Shown: positions 46,301-54,309 of the stretch, one piece after another | Numbering within the stretch: position 1 is the first letter of the stretch | Layout: every line of letters starts with the position of its first letter | Source: a virus | Reading direction: 5' to 3' (one strand) | Virus record (IMG/VR): IMGVR_UViG_3300023179_000017 | Span: 24,711 to 88,710 of that record | DNA length: 64,000 nt | Notes under the pieces: model-generated | Database searches by the model: none | What the model was told of the DNA's origin: nothing | The model's input: only the letters and a program-made list of their open reading frames with translations | Position numbers and translations under genes: made by a program

Positions 46301-47927
46301 CTTTGAGCGCGGCTTTACTTTAGGGCTAGACGATTTATCGGTGATGAAAAAAGAAAGAGACAAGGTCGTTACGACCATCAGAGCCCTTTTGCCTAAGACA
46401 ACTCAGGAGCAGCTCCCAAAACTAAACGCCAAAGCTACCGAGTTAGTAGACAAGATTCTTTCTAAAAGATTTAAAGATAAGAACAACCCTCTCTACGACA
46501 TGGTCGAGTCTGGTGCTAGAGGAGAGCCATCCCAGCTAAGACAAATACTAGCAACGCCACTTTTTGTAGCTGACGCAAAAGGAAAGATTGTTCCTTCGGT
46601 GATTCAGAAATCCTACGCAGAGGGGCTCGATGTCGGCGACTACTGGACGAGCATGTACGGAGCTCGTCGAGGGATGATGGATAGAGCGATTCAAACAAGT
46701 CTTCCAGGTGCTTTCTCAAAAGACATCATGGCAAACACCATCGATACAGTTATTTCTGATACCGACTGCGGCACCACAAGGGGCGTTTCCCAAAACATCG
46801 ATAGCCCCGATGTATTAGACAGATATGCAGCCGGCGATTCATACGTAAGTAGAAATGTTTTAATTGATTCCGATGAAGTGAGTAGACTTAGAAAAAAGGG
46901 CGTAAAAACCATCTTGGTAAGAAGCCCCCTTACTTGCCTCAAACCAAAAGGCGTTTGCTCCAAGTGCTATGGGTTAGACGAACACGGACAAGCTCCAGAG
47001 GTTGGCGAGAACGTCGGAGCTAAAGCAGGGCAAACTATTTCTGAACCTCTTGTCCAGCTAGTCATGAATACGTTCCACACCGGAGGTGCTGCAGGAACAG
47101 GTGCTGACGTTCAAGGCTACAAACGAATCGACCAGCTTTTAAAACTACCTAAAGCCGTACCAGGAGCAGCGTCCCTAGCTCCAATTCCAGGAAAGATTAC
47201 TAAAATCCAACGGGGGATTGCGGGCGGTTTTGATGTGTTTGTAGGGGACAAAAAAGTCCATACCCCACAGGGTAAAGCGCTTAAGGTAAAAATAGGGGAC
47301 GAAGTTTCTGCCGGAGATGCTCTTTCAGAAGGGGTGATTAAACCACAAGACTTGGTCCAATTAAAAGGAATGCAGCCGGCCCAAGAATATATCGTAAATG
47401 AACTTCACGGGGCTTACGCAAATCAAGGTGTCAAAATCCACCGAAAGGTTTTTGAAACTATTATCAGGTCGTTTGGAAATACTACGAAAGTCATCAACAA
47501 CCCCAAACAGTCCTACTTTGTGCCGGGTGATGTGGTGCCTTACACAGTAGCCCAACACTACAATGAAAACTTAAACGAAGAAGTGCCCACAGAAAATGCG
47601 GTTGGTTATGTGCTTTCTAAAAACTATGGATTACTTAGAGCGGGTCACGAAGTCACCCAAAAGGATACGATTCTTTTAAAAGCCTTAGGCCATAAAAAAG
47701 TTTTAATAAAAAAAGAAGCTCTACAGCACGCACCTCTTTTAAAGAGCGTCACAACTCTTCCACTTCTAAAACGAAACTGGATGAGCGCTCTTGGATATCG
47801 AAACTTAGCCAAAGCCCTCACCGAAGGAGCGGGTCAAGGCTGGAGCACCGACCTCGAAGACTACCACCCAATCCCAGCGTTTGCTCACAGCACGACGTTT
47901 GGAAAAGGCAAAGACGGTAAATACTAG
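40392..47927 (+). CDS. rpoBC: single-chain fused beta-beta' DNA-directed RNA polymerase, intein-containing (2004 aa if spliced)
   Basis: beta motifs HPTHYG...TPE, NFEDGI, GDKLAGRMGNKG, NPHGVISRINIG; beta' motifs GHIEL, VPPVFRP, LNRAPSLH, NADFDGD, bridge helix GARRG, trigger loop SEPLVQLVMNTFHTGG, Zn site DCG...C...CSKC. Confidence 0.93.
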   Translation: MRLFDSKQEFEAIKKSATEAVQSVFPIEGKNRIIKLDGVSIDDNLRIDDYKSQAEMKSKQGTWGVPVYASLSLIDKASGRVINKNNKVRLFILPKATDRFSYIVGGNEYQVNNQLRLKSGVYTVKKQNGELKTMVNLAQGKNFDLVFDEKKGTFAISKIGGGQANIPLYPILSDLGVSDQAMSQSWSPELLAANKTSDPRVMQRATTAFGLREGSLKEYFGKTKLNPEMTKLTLGGEYDKVSGPMLLSAAKKLLEVHLGKEEPQDLNSLEYKELHSLEDFIKERLEKNKTTLSFKIQRSIDNPKRTTISQIVNPEAFNSTIETFFTQDDKSSTPEQTNPLDMLSGQYKATIMGSGGVTSEHAVTDSMREIHPTHYGLLDPIHTPESKRIGANLHLPLGAVKGGKELKAIFTDKKGKPAVLSPTEIYNSKIAFPGEKGERVKVLYKGSPMVVDRKEVDYFSPAPQALFSWSTNLVPYLPSNQGNRAMMAAKMLEQATSLKHREAPLVQVRYGNETLENRIGKSSAVVSPLDGVVTKITDDEITLNTKEGAKVIGLYNNFVLNRKSYLKNEVKVKVGEKVKAGQLLADNNFTKDGTLALGVNLRAAYLPYKGLNFEDGIVITESAAEKLTSTHLHRKEISTDENTILKLNAYRTQYPNVLTPENLRKLDEDGVIKKGQRVKMGEAVIAALRKRDPSKMLQVINKKLSDRPKDESIYWTFEDEGEVIDVQKGSKGVTVFIRTEEKAKIGDKLAGRMGNKGIITKIIPDSEAPRNSKDEPVDILLNPHGVISRINIGQIYESAAAKAAKKQNRVHEVDNFSGEDYLETTKDFVRKAKVDDKEELFDPVSGKKLGRVHVGNPYILKLFKLSQGNFSARQGGPGNPYDLNLQPLKVGGEESSKALDLLTMYSMLSHGARANLREMTNLKASQNDEFWTALKSGQPLPPPKSPFVYDKFLAYLKGAGIDVKKDGTKLTLAPLTDSEVTSASSGEVENPNFFYAKNMAPIKGGFLDPVKFGGFKGTKWGHIELKEAIVNPVFENAVKKITGLGSQFEEIMAGKLYVDKSGNLNAEGKGVTGGAAIEILLKKIDVDEQIKVLTLKAKTSKGTALDDLNKRIRYLTALKKYDLKPEEAYLRKKVPVVPPVFRPIYTLPDGNTAASDVNYIYQNLAVLNKMQNLPVMDMLPEEEKSVIRKDIYQHAKGLSGITDLNIKGRERAGFISDIKGGGAEGQPKEGFFISKLLSKQQDFAGRGTIIPEPELGVDEVALPEQMAWRLFEPFVIKELGRLGKTPNAAMQEIEKRTELAKKALEIVMQQRKVLLNRAPSLHKFSIMAFKPKTTSGTAIKIPPLVVKGFNADFDGDQQYDFVPVTLSKECQLCFNAEYLEERRVASRFKETIPCQTDGDVFLFHLEDFPHGGLVASKKGEKGRIDFHAALPGTKVLSYDEKTQRVEWKEISHWSKHYDREVVTVNLQSGLQIFTDDDPRAVYGIEKGTLSFSRATPKEAIEKGMLVPRASILDLEGDKKEIEVPQRDRGNRAHLLNKRIALDGLLGYFVGTVAGDGWCSDERQVYIAGITEEILKKTDQAVAAIHKTSPARYTTENQSSYGKSKKHAYSSAALCELIEPWVGSQTKNKHLPPFFLSACKEFREGLFAGLMDTDGSISVFNAKDKPQLISSFSSTSLRLAQEVQLLAASLGIKGRISASKTPAEKDSWVLSFSSADIKKWNGKEMVHPEKLNKLAIAEVSENSAVSAKYDVIPISTSLAETIRKNLGAPSDASPEQKSLYAVLHKAAETGTISRQTAKKLPGFVFVDILNHPDGKTWLAIVEDTRVQWESVESIDVTGIKETGYDLTVPGYETFMNVSGVILSNTMTVHVPITEDANQEAEKLLPSRNLYQPGTGKLMITPSQEAQIGLYYLSKTPQGRARINQIVGKQAVGGVLNKKATQELLLKLSKELKSNEFGRVLTDLKSEGEKIAFERGFTLGLDDLSVMKKERDKVVTTIRALLPKTTQEQLPKLNAKATELVDKILSKRFKDKNNPLYDMVESGARGEPSQLRQILATPLFVADAKGKIVPSVIQKSYAEGLDVGDYWTSMYGARRGMMDRAIQTSLPGAFSKDIMANTIDTVISDTDCGTTRGVSQNIDSPDVLDRYAAGDSYVSRNVLIDSDEVSRLRKKGVKTILVRSPLTCLKPKGVCSKCYGLDEHGQAPEVGENVGAKAGQTISEPLVQLVMNTFHTGGAAGTGADVQGYKRIDQLLKLPKAVPGAASLAPIPGKITKIQRGIAGGFDVFVGDKKVHTPQGKALKVKIGDEVSAGDALSEGVIKPQDLVQLKGMQPAQEYIVNELHGAYANQGVKIHRKVFETIIRSFGNTTKVINNPKQSYFVPGDVVPYTVAQHYNENLNEEVPTENAVGYVLSKNYGLLRAGHEVTQKDTILLKALGHKKVLIKKEALQHAPLLKSVTTLPLLKRNWMSALGYRNLAKALTEGAGQGWSTDLEDYHPIPAFAHSTTFGKGKDGKY
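44460..45980 (+). mobile_element. intein (507 aa) with LAGLIDADG homing endonuclease; starts with Gln
   Basis: separates NADFDGD from TMTVHVP; ends YDLTVPGYETF...ILSN/T; endonuclease blocks VGTVAGDG, LFAGLMDTDG, STSLRLAQEVQLLAASLGI. Confidence 0.85.
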
Positions 47928-47930
47928 CCG

Positions 47931-49610
47931 ATGGAACACTTTCTAAAAAAGTTTGCGGCCCTTAAAAAAGATGTGGAACTAAAACCACATCAAAAAAGGG
48001 TAGTTAAAAGAACCGAAGACTCGGGCTCCATGCTAGTTGCTCACGCCACAGGAAGCGGAAAGACCCTCACCGGAATCGCGGCTTTTGAAAACCTTAAACA
48101 AAAAGGCAAGGCCAAACGAGCTATCGTCGTCGTCCCTGCTGCTTTAAGAAGTAATTTCATCGAACAAGGAATTAAACAGTTCACTGACTCTTCTTTTAGT
48201 ATGTATGGGCCTAAAGGAGAGAAGGGCAGTAAAAAAATTGGGGATAAAAGTAGTTCTGATTACGTTATTGTCAGCTACGACCTATTTAGAACCCACGCCG
48301 ACCAGATTCTAAAAGACACAGGTGCCGACACCCTCATCATGGATGAGATCCATAGAGCTAGAGCCACGGAAGGCGCTACTTACAAAAAGCTTGTTCAAAT
48401 GAGACCCCAATTTAAAAACGCAATTACTCTAACAGGGTCTGTCGTCAACAATGAGCCAGGAGACGTAGTACCTTTATTAGACGTAACCTACGGAAAAGGA
48501 AATCACCTTTTAGGAGAAAAACAGGAGTTCTCTAGAAGATTTGTCACAAGTAAAGCGCAGAGCAGGGGGCTATTTGGGCCACAGGAGCAGGTTAAGTCTT
48601 TAAAGCACCAAGAGGAACTGGGTAATTACCTAAGAAACAAAGTCGACTATCTTTCACACGACGAGATTCAAGGCTCTCTGCCCAATAAAAAAGTAGAAAC
48701 TATTGAAATACCTATGACGGAGGAGCAGAAACGAATCTACGACTTTACCATGAAGTCGGTAGACCCGATTACTCGGTGGAAAATTAAATACAACATCCCA
48801 GTAGGACAAAGAGAAGCAAGGGATGCTTTTGGAAAGCTTATGCAAGCAAGACAGGTTTCTACCGACCCAGGCATTTTGTCTAGGACGCTACAGAAGAAAA
48901 ACCCTACAGAGTATTCCCCTAAAGTGAAATCCATTGTAGAGGACGCGGAAACCCATTTAAAAAAGACGCCTAAAAACAAAACCGTTATTTTCGGAAACCT
49001 CCTCACAGGCCAACTCCACGCTATCGAGCGCGGCCTACAAGCTAAAAAAATAGACTACTCAAAATTCTATGGCACAGGAAACGAAGGGTCTTCCGCAGCA
49101 GAGCGAGAAGAGGCTTTAAAACAATTTAAGAACAGTGACAAACGGGTGCTCCTCATTTCTGGGGCTGGTAGCGAGGGGCTTGATTTAAAAGATGTGAACC
49201 TCATGCAGCTTGCTGAAGGTCACTACAACCCAGAACGAATTGAGCAAGCAGAAGCTCGAGTCCGAAGAATGGGCTCACCACTAAAAAATGTGGCAATCAG
49301 AAGATATGTTTCGGTACCAGATGCCCCGGGGCTTATTACCAGCGCCAAGAAGTTTCTGGGCCGCGAAGACCAAGGAATTGATAAGTGGATATACAACATT
49401 GCTGAAAACAAAAACACCCTAAACTCTCAGTTTCGAGATGTACTAAAAGGAAAGCCGGGCAAGTTTAATGAGGCTTTCTTCAAGAAGTGGGATAAAAACA
49501 AACCTCTCGAACAACAACCAGAACAAAAAAAGAGCAGGCTATTCAAGAGGCTAGCGGTAGGTGCCCTTGTTGGCCTTCCACTTATGGCTTTAGCTTACAA
49601 AAAAATATAG
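47931..49610 (+). CDS. SNF2-family (SF2) ATPase/helicase with a hydrophobic C-terminal tail
   Basis: HATGSGKT, DEIH, LTGS, GSEGLDL, YNPERIEQAEARVRRMG; C-terminus RLAVGALVGLPLMALAYKKI. Confidence 0.88.
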   Translation: MEHFLKKFAALKKDVELKPHQKRVVKRTEDSGSMLVAHATGSGKTLTGIAAFENLKQKGKAKRAIVVVPAALRSNFIEQGIKQFTDSSFSMYGPKGEKGSKKIGDKSSSDYVIVSYDLFRTHADQILKDTGADTLIMDEIHRARATEGATYKKLVQMRPQFKNAITLTGSVVNNEPGDVVPLLDVTYGKGNHLLGEKQEFSRRFVTSKAQSRGLFGPQEQVKSLKHQEELGNYLRNKVDYLSHDEIQGSLPNKKVETIEIPMTEEQKRIYDFTMKSVDPITRWKIKYNIPVGQREARDAFGKLMQARQVSTDPGILSRTLQKKNPTEYSPKVKSIVEDAETHLKKTPKNKTVIFGNLLTGQLHAIERGLQAKKIDYSKFYGTGNEGSSAAEREEALKQFKNSDKRVLLISGAGSEGLDLKDVNLMQLAEGHYNPERIEQAEARVRRMGSPLKNVAIRRYVSVPDAPGLITSAKKFLGREDQGIDKWIYNIAENKNTLNSQFRDVLKGKPGKFNEAFFKKWDKNKPLEQQPEQKKSRLFKRLAVGALVGLPLMALAYKKI

Positions 49611-49619
49611 AATATATAC

Positions 49620-49952
49620 ATGATAGTGAAGCTCTATGATGAAGTAGAGCTTTTGCGTGATCTACAAAAAGATACGCTGATACTCATCCGACACTGCACT
49701 AACATAGAGCCCGTTAAGCGATTTACTGAGTGCTACGATATACTTGGTCTAACGATCCACATCTCCAAACACTTCCCAATCGTAGCCAATAAACCGCCTG
49801 ACTGTGATGAGGCTGCTTTACTACATCTGAGGCGGATCACCCAGGAGCTGGGTATTTTTTATCAACAGGACTTCCCACGCCCGCTATTTTTGGGGTATCT
49901 ACACAAGGTCATTAGGCTTTTAACCCTCTACCAAGTTCCCCGTAATAGGTAA
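49620..49952 (+). CDS. hypothetical protein
   Basis: 110 aa; TAGAAT 6 nt before the ATG. Confidence 0.65.
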   Translation: MIVKLYDEVELLRDLQKDTLILIRHCTNIEPVKRFTECYDILGLTIHISKHFPIVANKPPDCDEAALLHLRRITQELGIFYQQDFPRPLFLGYLHKVIRLLTLYQVPRNR

Positions 49953-49958
49953 AAATTA

Positions 49959-50013
49959 ACGGCCCCTTTTTGAGGGAGGCCATTCAGGCCAAAAAGGCTG
50001 ACTACAGCTTTTT
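49959..50013. terminator. two terminator-like hairpins (one bidirectional)
   Basis: ggcccct-tttt-gagggaggcc and aaaaaggctg-acta-cagcttttt. Confidence 0.55.
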
Positions 50014-50131
50014 AGGTTGTAGAATCTCGTTAATACACCAACTTGCGTTGAAGTATTAACGAAACACTACCACAATATACTTATACCAATTTTTGGGGCC
50101 CACCGTATATACAGTAGGCCCCAATGGTTTT

Positions 50132-50512
50132 TTAGAATGGCATCTCACCACTCTCCGCGTCAGGCGTTGTCGCCTGCTCGGACTTGTTAGCACCGTCCCC
50201 GAGGAATTGGACGTTTTGCGCAACTATCTCTGTAGTATATCTTTTAACACCCTCTTTATCGGTCCATTCACGAGTTTGAAGTTCGCCCTCTACTAAGGCT
50301 TGTCTGCCTTTTTTAAGGTACTTTGCACAATTCTCAGCAGTTTTCTTCCAAACTACGATTCTGTGCCACTCTGTCTTTTGTTGTTTTTGACCGCTCTTGT
50401 CAGTCCAGCTCTTATTAGTAGCTAGGCTGAAGTTGGCGACCGATTCGCCAGCCGGTGTTTGCTTTAATTCTGGGTCATTTCCTAAACGGCCCAGTAACGT
50501 TACTCTGTTCAT
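50132..50512 (-). CDS. ssb: single-stranded DNA-binding protein
   Basis: [15 protein letters not shown]...FSLATN...TEWHRIVVW...[16 protein letters not shown]...TEIVA; acidic tail ending EMPF; SD AGGAG. Confidence 0.95.
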   Translation of the reverse strand: MNRVTLLGRLGNDPELKQTPAGESVANFSLATNKSWTDKSGQKQQKTEWHRIVVWKKTAENCAKYLKKGRQALVEGELQTREWTDKEGVKRYTTEIVAQNVQFLGDGANKSEQATTPDAESGEMPF

Positions 50513-50598
50513 TTGTTTTCTCCTGATTAGGCGCCGATGCAATAGATTAAATCGACGCAGTTATTGAGCTTATACCACGACTTTGTTATTCTTCATCC

Positions 50599-51720
50599 AT
50601 GTCTTCTCCACTAGAGCGCTCTAATCCAACCCGTGAACAACTGCACAGTAACCTGTGCTTTGGAAGAGTTACCCAAGTATTCCCAGAACGACGCACCTGC
50701 GAAGTAAAAACTTTTATGGGAAGAGGCGCAATGGATGACAACCACATCCCAGAATGCCGCTGGCTCAGCACCGACGCTAGCCCCCAAGGCGATGAATCGG
50801 GAACCATCCCAAGAATCAACTCCTACTGTGTCGTTGGATATATCGAATCCGAACCGTTCATTATTGGTTTTTGGAACCCAACTGACAAAACTGGATCTGC
50901 CAATGTCGGCGAAGTAAAAGAGGAGCTCAACGAAGGCGATAAAATTATTAAAACGATTGGGAAGAATAAAATTATTCTAAGAGCCCACGGAGAAATCCAA
51001 ATCCAATCGACCGATACGAACAGAACCGTTTATTTTCCTGACCAACATCTAATCAATACTTTATGTAGAAATTATGAATTTCGTACGGACGGCGGAACAA
51101 TTGATTGGCATAATATAAACGAAGATGATGAAACGTATTTCAAAGAAGAATTCAGAGACAATATCTCCAGATCTAATCTGGTTATCGAGGAGCGTGGAAA
51201 AGTTGATGGTACGATTGTATCCCGCACTACTGTTGGTGCTGGCGATAATTCTAGCCCTAGCATCAATCAACCCGTCTACACCGAAACTACCAAAAGCACC
51301 GGAGAAACCGAACTATTCATCAGAGCTCCCGGAGCTTCCAGTGGACACAAATACACCATCCTCCCTTCCGGCACTACCAAACTAAACATCGCAGATAAAA
51401 CAACGGTCACGATAGATCAAAGTGGAGAGACCACCATAGATATCGGACCGGGAAAAGCGACTTTAAATATCAAACCAAACGGAGATACCACCTATACCAC
51501 AAGTGGCAAAATTACGACCACCGCCACCGGCAATGTGGCCCTCACCACTTCAGGAAATTTAAACGTTACATCCAGCGGACCTACCAAAATTAAAGCTGCC
51601 ACTATCAGCTTAAACGGTAGCTCTTCAGGAATTACCACCAAAAACTCCCACATGGGGGTCATCGATTTAATTACTGGGGTGCCAGTAAACCCAAGCCCCA
51701 CCGTTACTTCGGATGTCTGA
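50599..51720 (+). CDS. baseplate central spike (gp5/gpV-like: OB fold plus beta-helix)
   Basis: FGRVTQV..ERRTCEV...IP....CVVGY.E.EPFIIG N-terminus; Thr/Ser-rich beta repeats; C-terminal His. Confidence 0.7.
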   Translation: MSSPLERSNPTREQLHSNLCFGRVTQVFPERRTCEVKTFMGRGAMDDNHIPECRWLSTDASPQGDESGTIPRINSYCVVGYIESEPFIIGFWNPTDKTGSANVGEVKEELNEGDKIIKTIGKNKIILRAHGEIQIQSTDTNRTVYFPDQHLINTLCRNYEFRTDGGTIDWHNINEDDETYFKEEFRDNISRSNLVIEERGKVDGTIVSRTTVGAGDNSSPSINQPVYTETTKSTGETELFIRAPGASSGHKYTILPSGTTKLNIADKTTVTIDQSGETTIDIGPGKATLNIKPNGDTTYTTSGKITTTATGNVALTTSGNLNVTSSGPTKIKAATISLNGSSSGITTKNSHMGVIDLITGVPVNPSPTVTSDV

Positions 51721-52289
51721 TGGCGCTTAGTCCTGACATATATTCGGCTACCCTTCTTTCAAAGCTCAAAGCTCAAAGTTATAACGGCCACGCTTTTAAT
51801 GGCGCGATGATGCCAGACTTCTGTAAAGCAGTAGGGGTCGGAGTCGTCACTACGACGCTTACTGTCAAGGGGGTTATTGGTGGACCAGCCGGCGCAGGTA
51901 ACGCCAGCGGTGTAGGAATTACTGGATTCAGTGCGTCAGCGATTGCGGCTCTTATTCAATCTACCGCCAAGGCTCTTTTTGGTTCCGAAGGACCTTGCCT
52001 ATATCAATTTTGCAAGGCTGTTGGAGATGCCACCGTTGAACACTTCGCGTTAGCTACACTCACTTCAGATGCCAACGGCACTGCTAAGTTCCCATCCTTT
52101 GCCGGAAAGATATCCCCCATGGCTTCAGCTATCCAAGCTGCCGCTCCGCATTTTAAAGGTGCGCTCTGGCCAGCTTTTACAACCGCGATTGCTACAGGTA
52201 TCTGCACCATCGTCGGGGGTTCTGGAAAAGGATCTCTTTCTGGTGCAAGCGGGCCGTCCCCAGGCGGGGGTTCGGTTGTAGTTTCATAA
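51720..52289 (+). CDS. Gly/Ala-rich protein coupled to the spike gene
   Basis: three F(C/T)xA(V/I) helical repeats. Confidence 0.65.
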   Translation: MALSPDIYSATLLSKLKAQSYNGHAFNGAMMPDFCKAVGVGVVTTTLTVKGVIGGPAGAGNASGVGITGFSASAIAALIQSTAKALFGSEGPCLYQFCKAVGDATVEHFALATLTSDANGTAKFPSFAGKISPMASAIQAAAPHFKGALWPAFTTAIATGICTIVGGSGKGSLSGASGPSPGGGSVVVS

Positions 52290-52328
52290 CCTTGCTAGTA
52301 CAATAAAATGAAATAATAGGAGAAATAT

Positions 52329-54308
52329 ATGTCATTCCCAACCGGACTTTTTGTTGACGCCCCAGAGATGCCAGACGTCTCCATGCACCAATTGGAGCAG
52401 AACTCTGAAGTATGGCCTGAACAAGTAGTCCAAAAGCTAAAAGAGCGAGTTCCTCAATCAAACAACCTTAGCACCATCGTAAAGTTTATGAAAAAAGATG
52501 ACGAGAACGGAGCTGCCACAGGGTCCATCGTCATTTCTAATGCAGAAAAACAAGCTATCGTACCTGTCATTATTAAAGACTTCATGCTTTATCCAATGGA
52601 TGTCTTTATCTGCAATAAAAAACTTTTGCCACTAACCCCAGAATATTTCGACACTTGTTTTAATAACAACCAAGTATTCCAACAAATCGAAGAGTACCCA
52701 ACCTTCGGTGGCCTTGGACGATTTGAAGATTCTAACCTTTGGAACGCAACTTACCCACCAAGCCTTGGGCGGTACGCCTATGCTTCCGCAGGCTACGATA
52801 TCCTAGATTCGATCTCAGATACGATTGATGCCACAGAGTTTAAAAATTACTTAAAAGAAAACCCAGGCGTTGCAGCTAACTTCTACAAACACGGCCACAC
52901 AGAAGTGATTAAGAAGCTTGCAAACCTAAGACCCGTCAACATGAACGAGTTCAGACAAAGTGCTGATAACCTCGTACGCCGAGATATCGTCATGCTGAGA
53001 AAAGAAGGGCCTAACAAGTACACTATTCTTTCTAATGCAGACCGCGTTTTCTCTCCAGCCATGATTAAAGGCATGTGCCGAGAAGAAGCCTGCAAGTTTG
53101 TTTCTAAAATTTCCGATAGCGCACAAGACGATGTAAACGATGTCGACCAGAATGGGGAAAAGCTCTTAAGGGTTCCTAAAGTGGAAAGCGACCAAGAAGT
53201 TTATATCGAAGAAGGCCAAAAGAGCATGGCAGAACCTGCCAACGAATTTGACCATTACGTTGTTAGAAAAAAGAACGGCGTAGAAGTAGAAGGCGTTGTA
53301 ATTCCCAAAGTCATTAACTTTGACATGGGTGTTGTAAACTTAAAGATGTTCCTTGGAAAAACCCTTTCTACCGTACAGCCAGAGATTGCTGGCGTCAGAG
53401 TTCAAAATAGCCACTTTAATATTCCTTTCTCCATGCCAAAAGTCGGGCAAACAGGAACCTTCGTTCACATGCCTGATAAATCACACGCTCTTGCAACAGT
53501 GCCAGTCACAATCAAAATGATTGTAGAAGAAATGGGGACTTGCACCATGAGAGCTTTGGACATGCAGGGCGTTGAAATTAAAATAACAATGACATCTATA
53601 GATCTCAACCGCATAGCTGGTAACCGAGAAGTAGGATATCTGCTTCCTAAAAACAAGTTCCGATGGGTGGCGATGGAAGGATTTGATGAAGTCACAAATT
53701 CCCCAGTCGATTACGCTGTAAAGACCGCAGGATTTAAAAAGACCGCAAACCCTGTAAAACTCATCTATACAGGTCACGGCCAATACTCAATGAAGGGCGT
53801 AGATAAATACGCAGAAGCCATGAACTGGGATAAAACTAACTTGGAAGAATACCAAGCAAAGTTCCTCCTTGCTTCATTAGGTCTTTCCCAAGAAAAAATT
53901 GCGGCTTGTATGTGCAAAGCTAAAAGCTGTACTCAATGCACCATGCACAACTTAAAAACACCGCCATTAAAAGACGAGAAGATTGCAGCTGCGTTGCCAC
54001 TCGCTCGTCAAATGGCTAAGATCGCAAAAGACTTAAGAGTTAACTTAATTAAAGAAGCAAGCTTTGTAGAAAACACACAAACCGTAGATGCGCTTCTTTC
54101 TTTAAATTTCGTTAACCCAGAGAATGTTTCTAAAATGGTTGAGAAGCTGCCATCGCTCAAATCGGCTATCTCAAACCTCGCAAGCCTTCTTGTGGCAAGT
54201 AGACTCGGTATTCAAGAAATACCAGAACAATCAGTCAGCGCTGCCATGATGAAGCTTGTAGATGTAGTAAACGGGCTTGAAGCACTAAGAGCGACACAAG
54301 GACAGTAA
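52329..54308 (+). CDS. large uncharacterised protein with many K-x-A motifs (putative head protein)
   Basis: SD AGGAG; VKTAG, KKTAN, DKYAE, EKIAA twice, AKIAK, IKEAS. Confidence 0.65.
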   Translation: MSFPTGLFVDAPEMPDVSMHQLEQNSEVWPEQVVQKLKERVPQSNNLSTIVKFMKKDDENGAATGSIVISNAEKQAIVPVIIKDFMLYPMDVFICNKKLLPLTPEYFDTCFNNNQVFQQIEEYPTFGGLGRFEDSNLWNATYPPSLGRYAYASAGYDILDSISDTIDATEFKNYLKENPGVAANFYKHGHTEVIKKLANLRPVNMNEFRQSADNLVRRDIVMLRKEGPNKYTILSNADRVFSPAMIKGMCREEACKFVSKISDSAQDDVNDVDQNGEKLLRVPKVESDQEVYIEEGQKSMAEPANEFDHYVVRKKNGVEVEGVVIPKVINFDMGVVNLKMFLGKTLSTVQPEIAGVRVQNSHFNIPFSMPKVGQTGTFVHMPDKSHALATVPVTIKMIVEEMGTCTMRALDMQGVEIKITMTSIDLNRIAGNREVGYLLPKNKFRWVAMEGFDEVTNSPVDYAVKTAGFKKTANPVKLIYTGHGQYSMKGVDKYAEAMNWDKTNLEEYQAKFLLASLGLSQEKIAACMCKAKSCTQCTMHNLKTPPLKDEKIAAALPLARQMAKIAKDLRVNLIKEASFVENTQTVDALLSLNFVNPENVSKMVEKLPSLKSAISNLASLLVASRLGIQEIPEQSVSAAMMKLVDVVNGLEALRATQGQ

Positions 54309-54309
54309 G

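Noticed and set aside
40895-47558. Nested ORFs inside the RNAP gene on both strands
   Set aside because: They overlap highly conserved polymerase or intein sequence and have no supporting signals.
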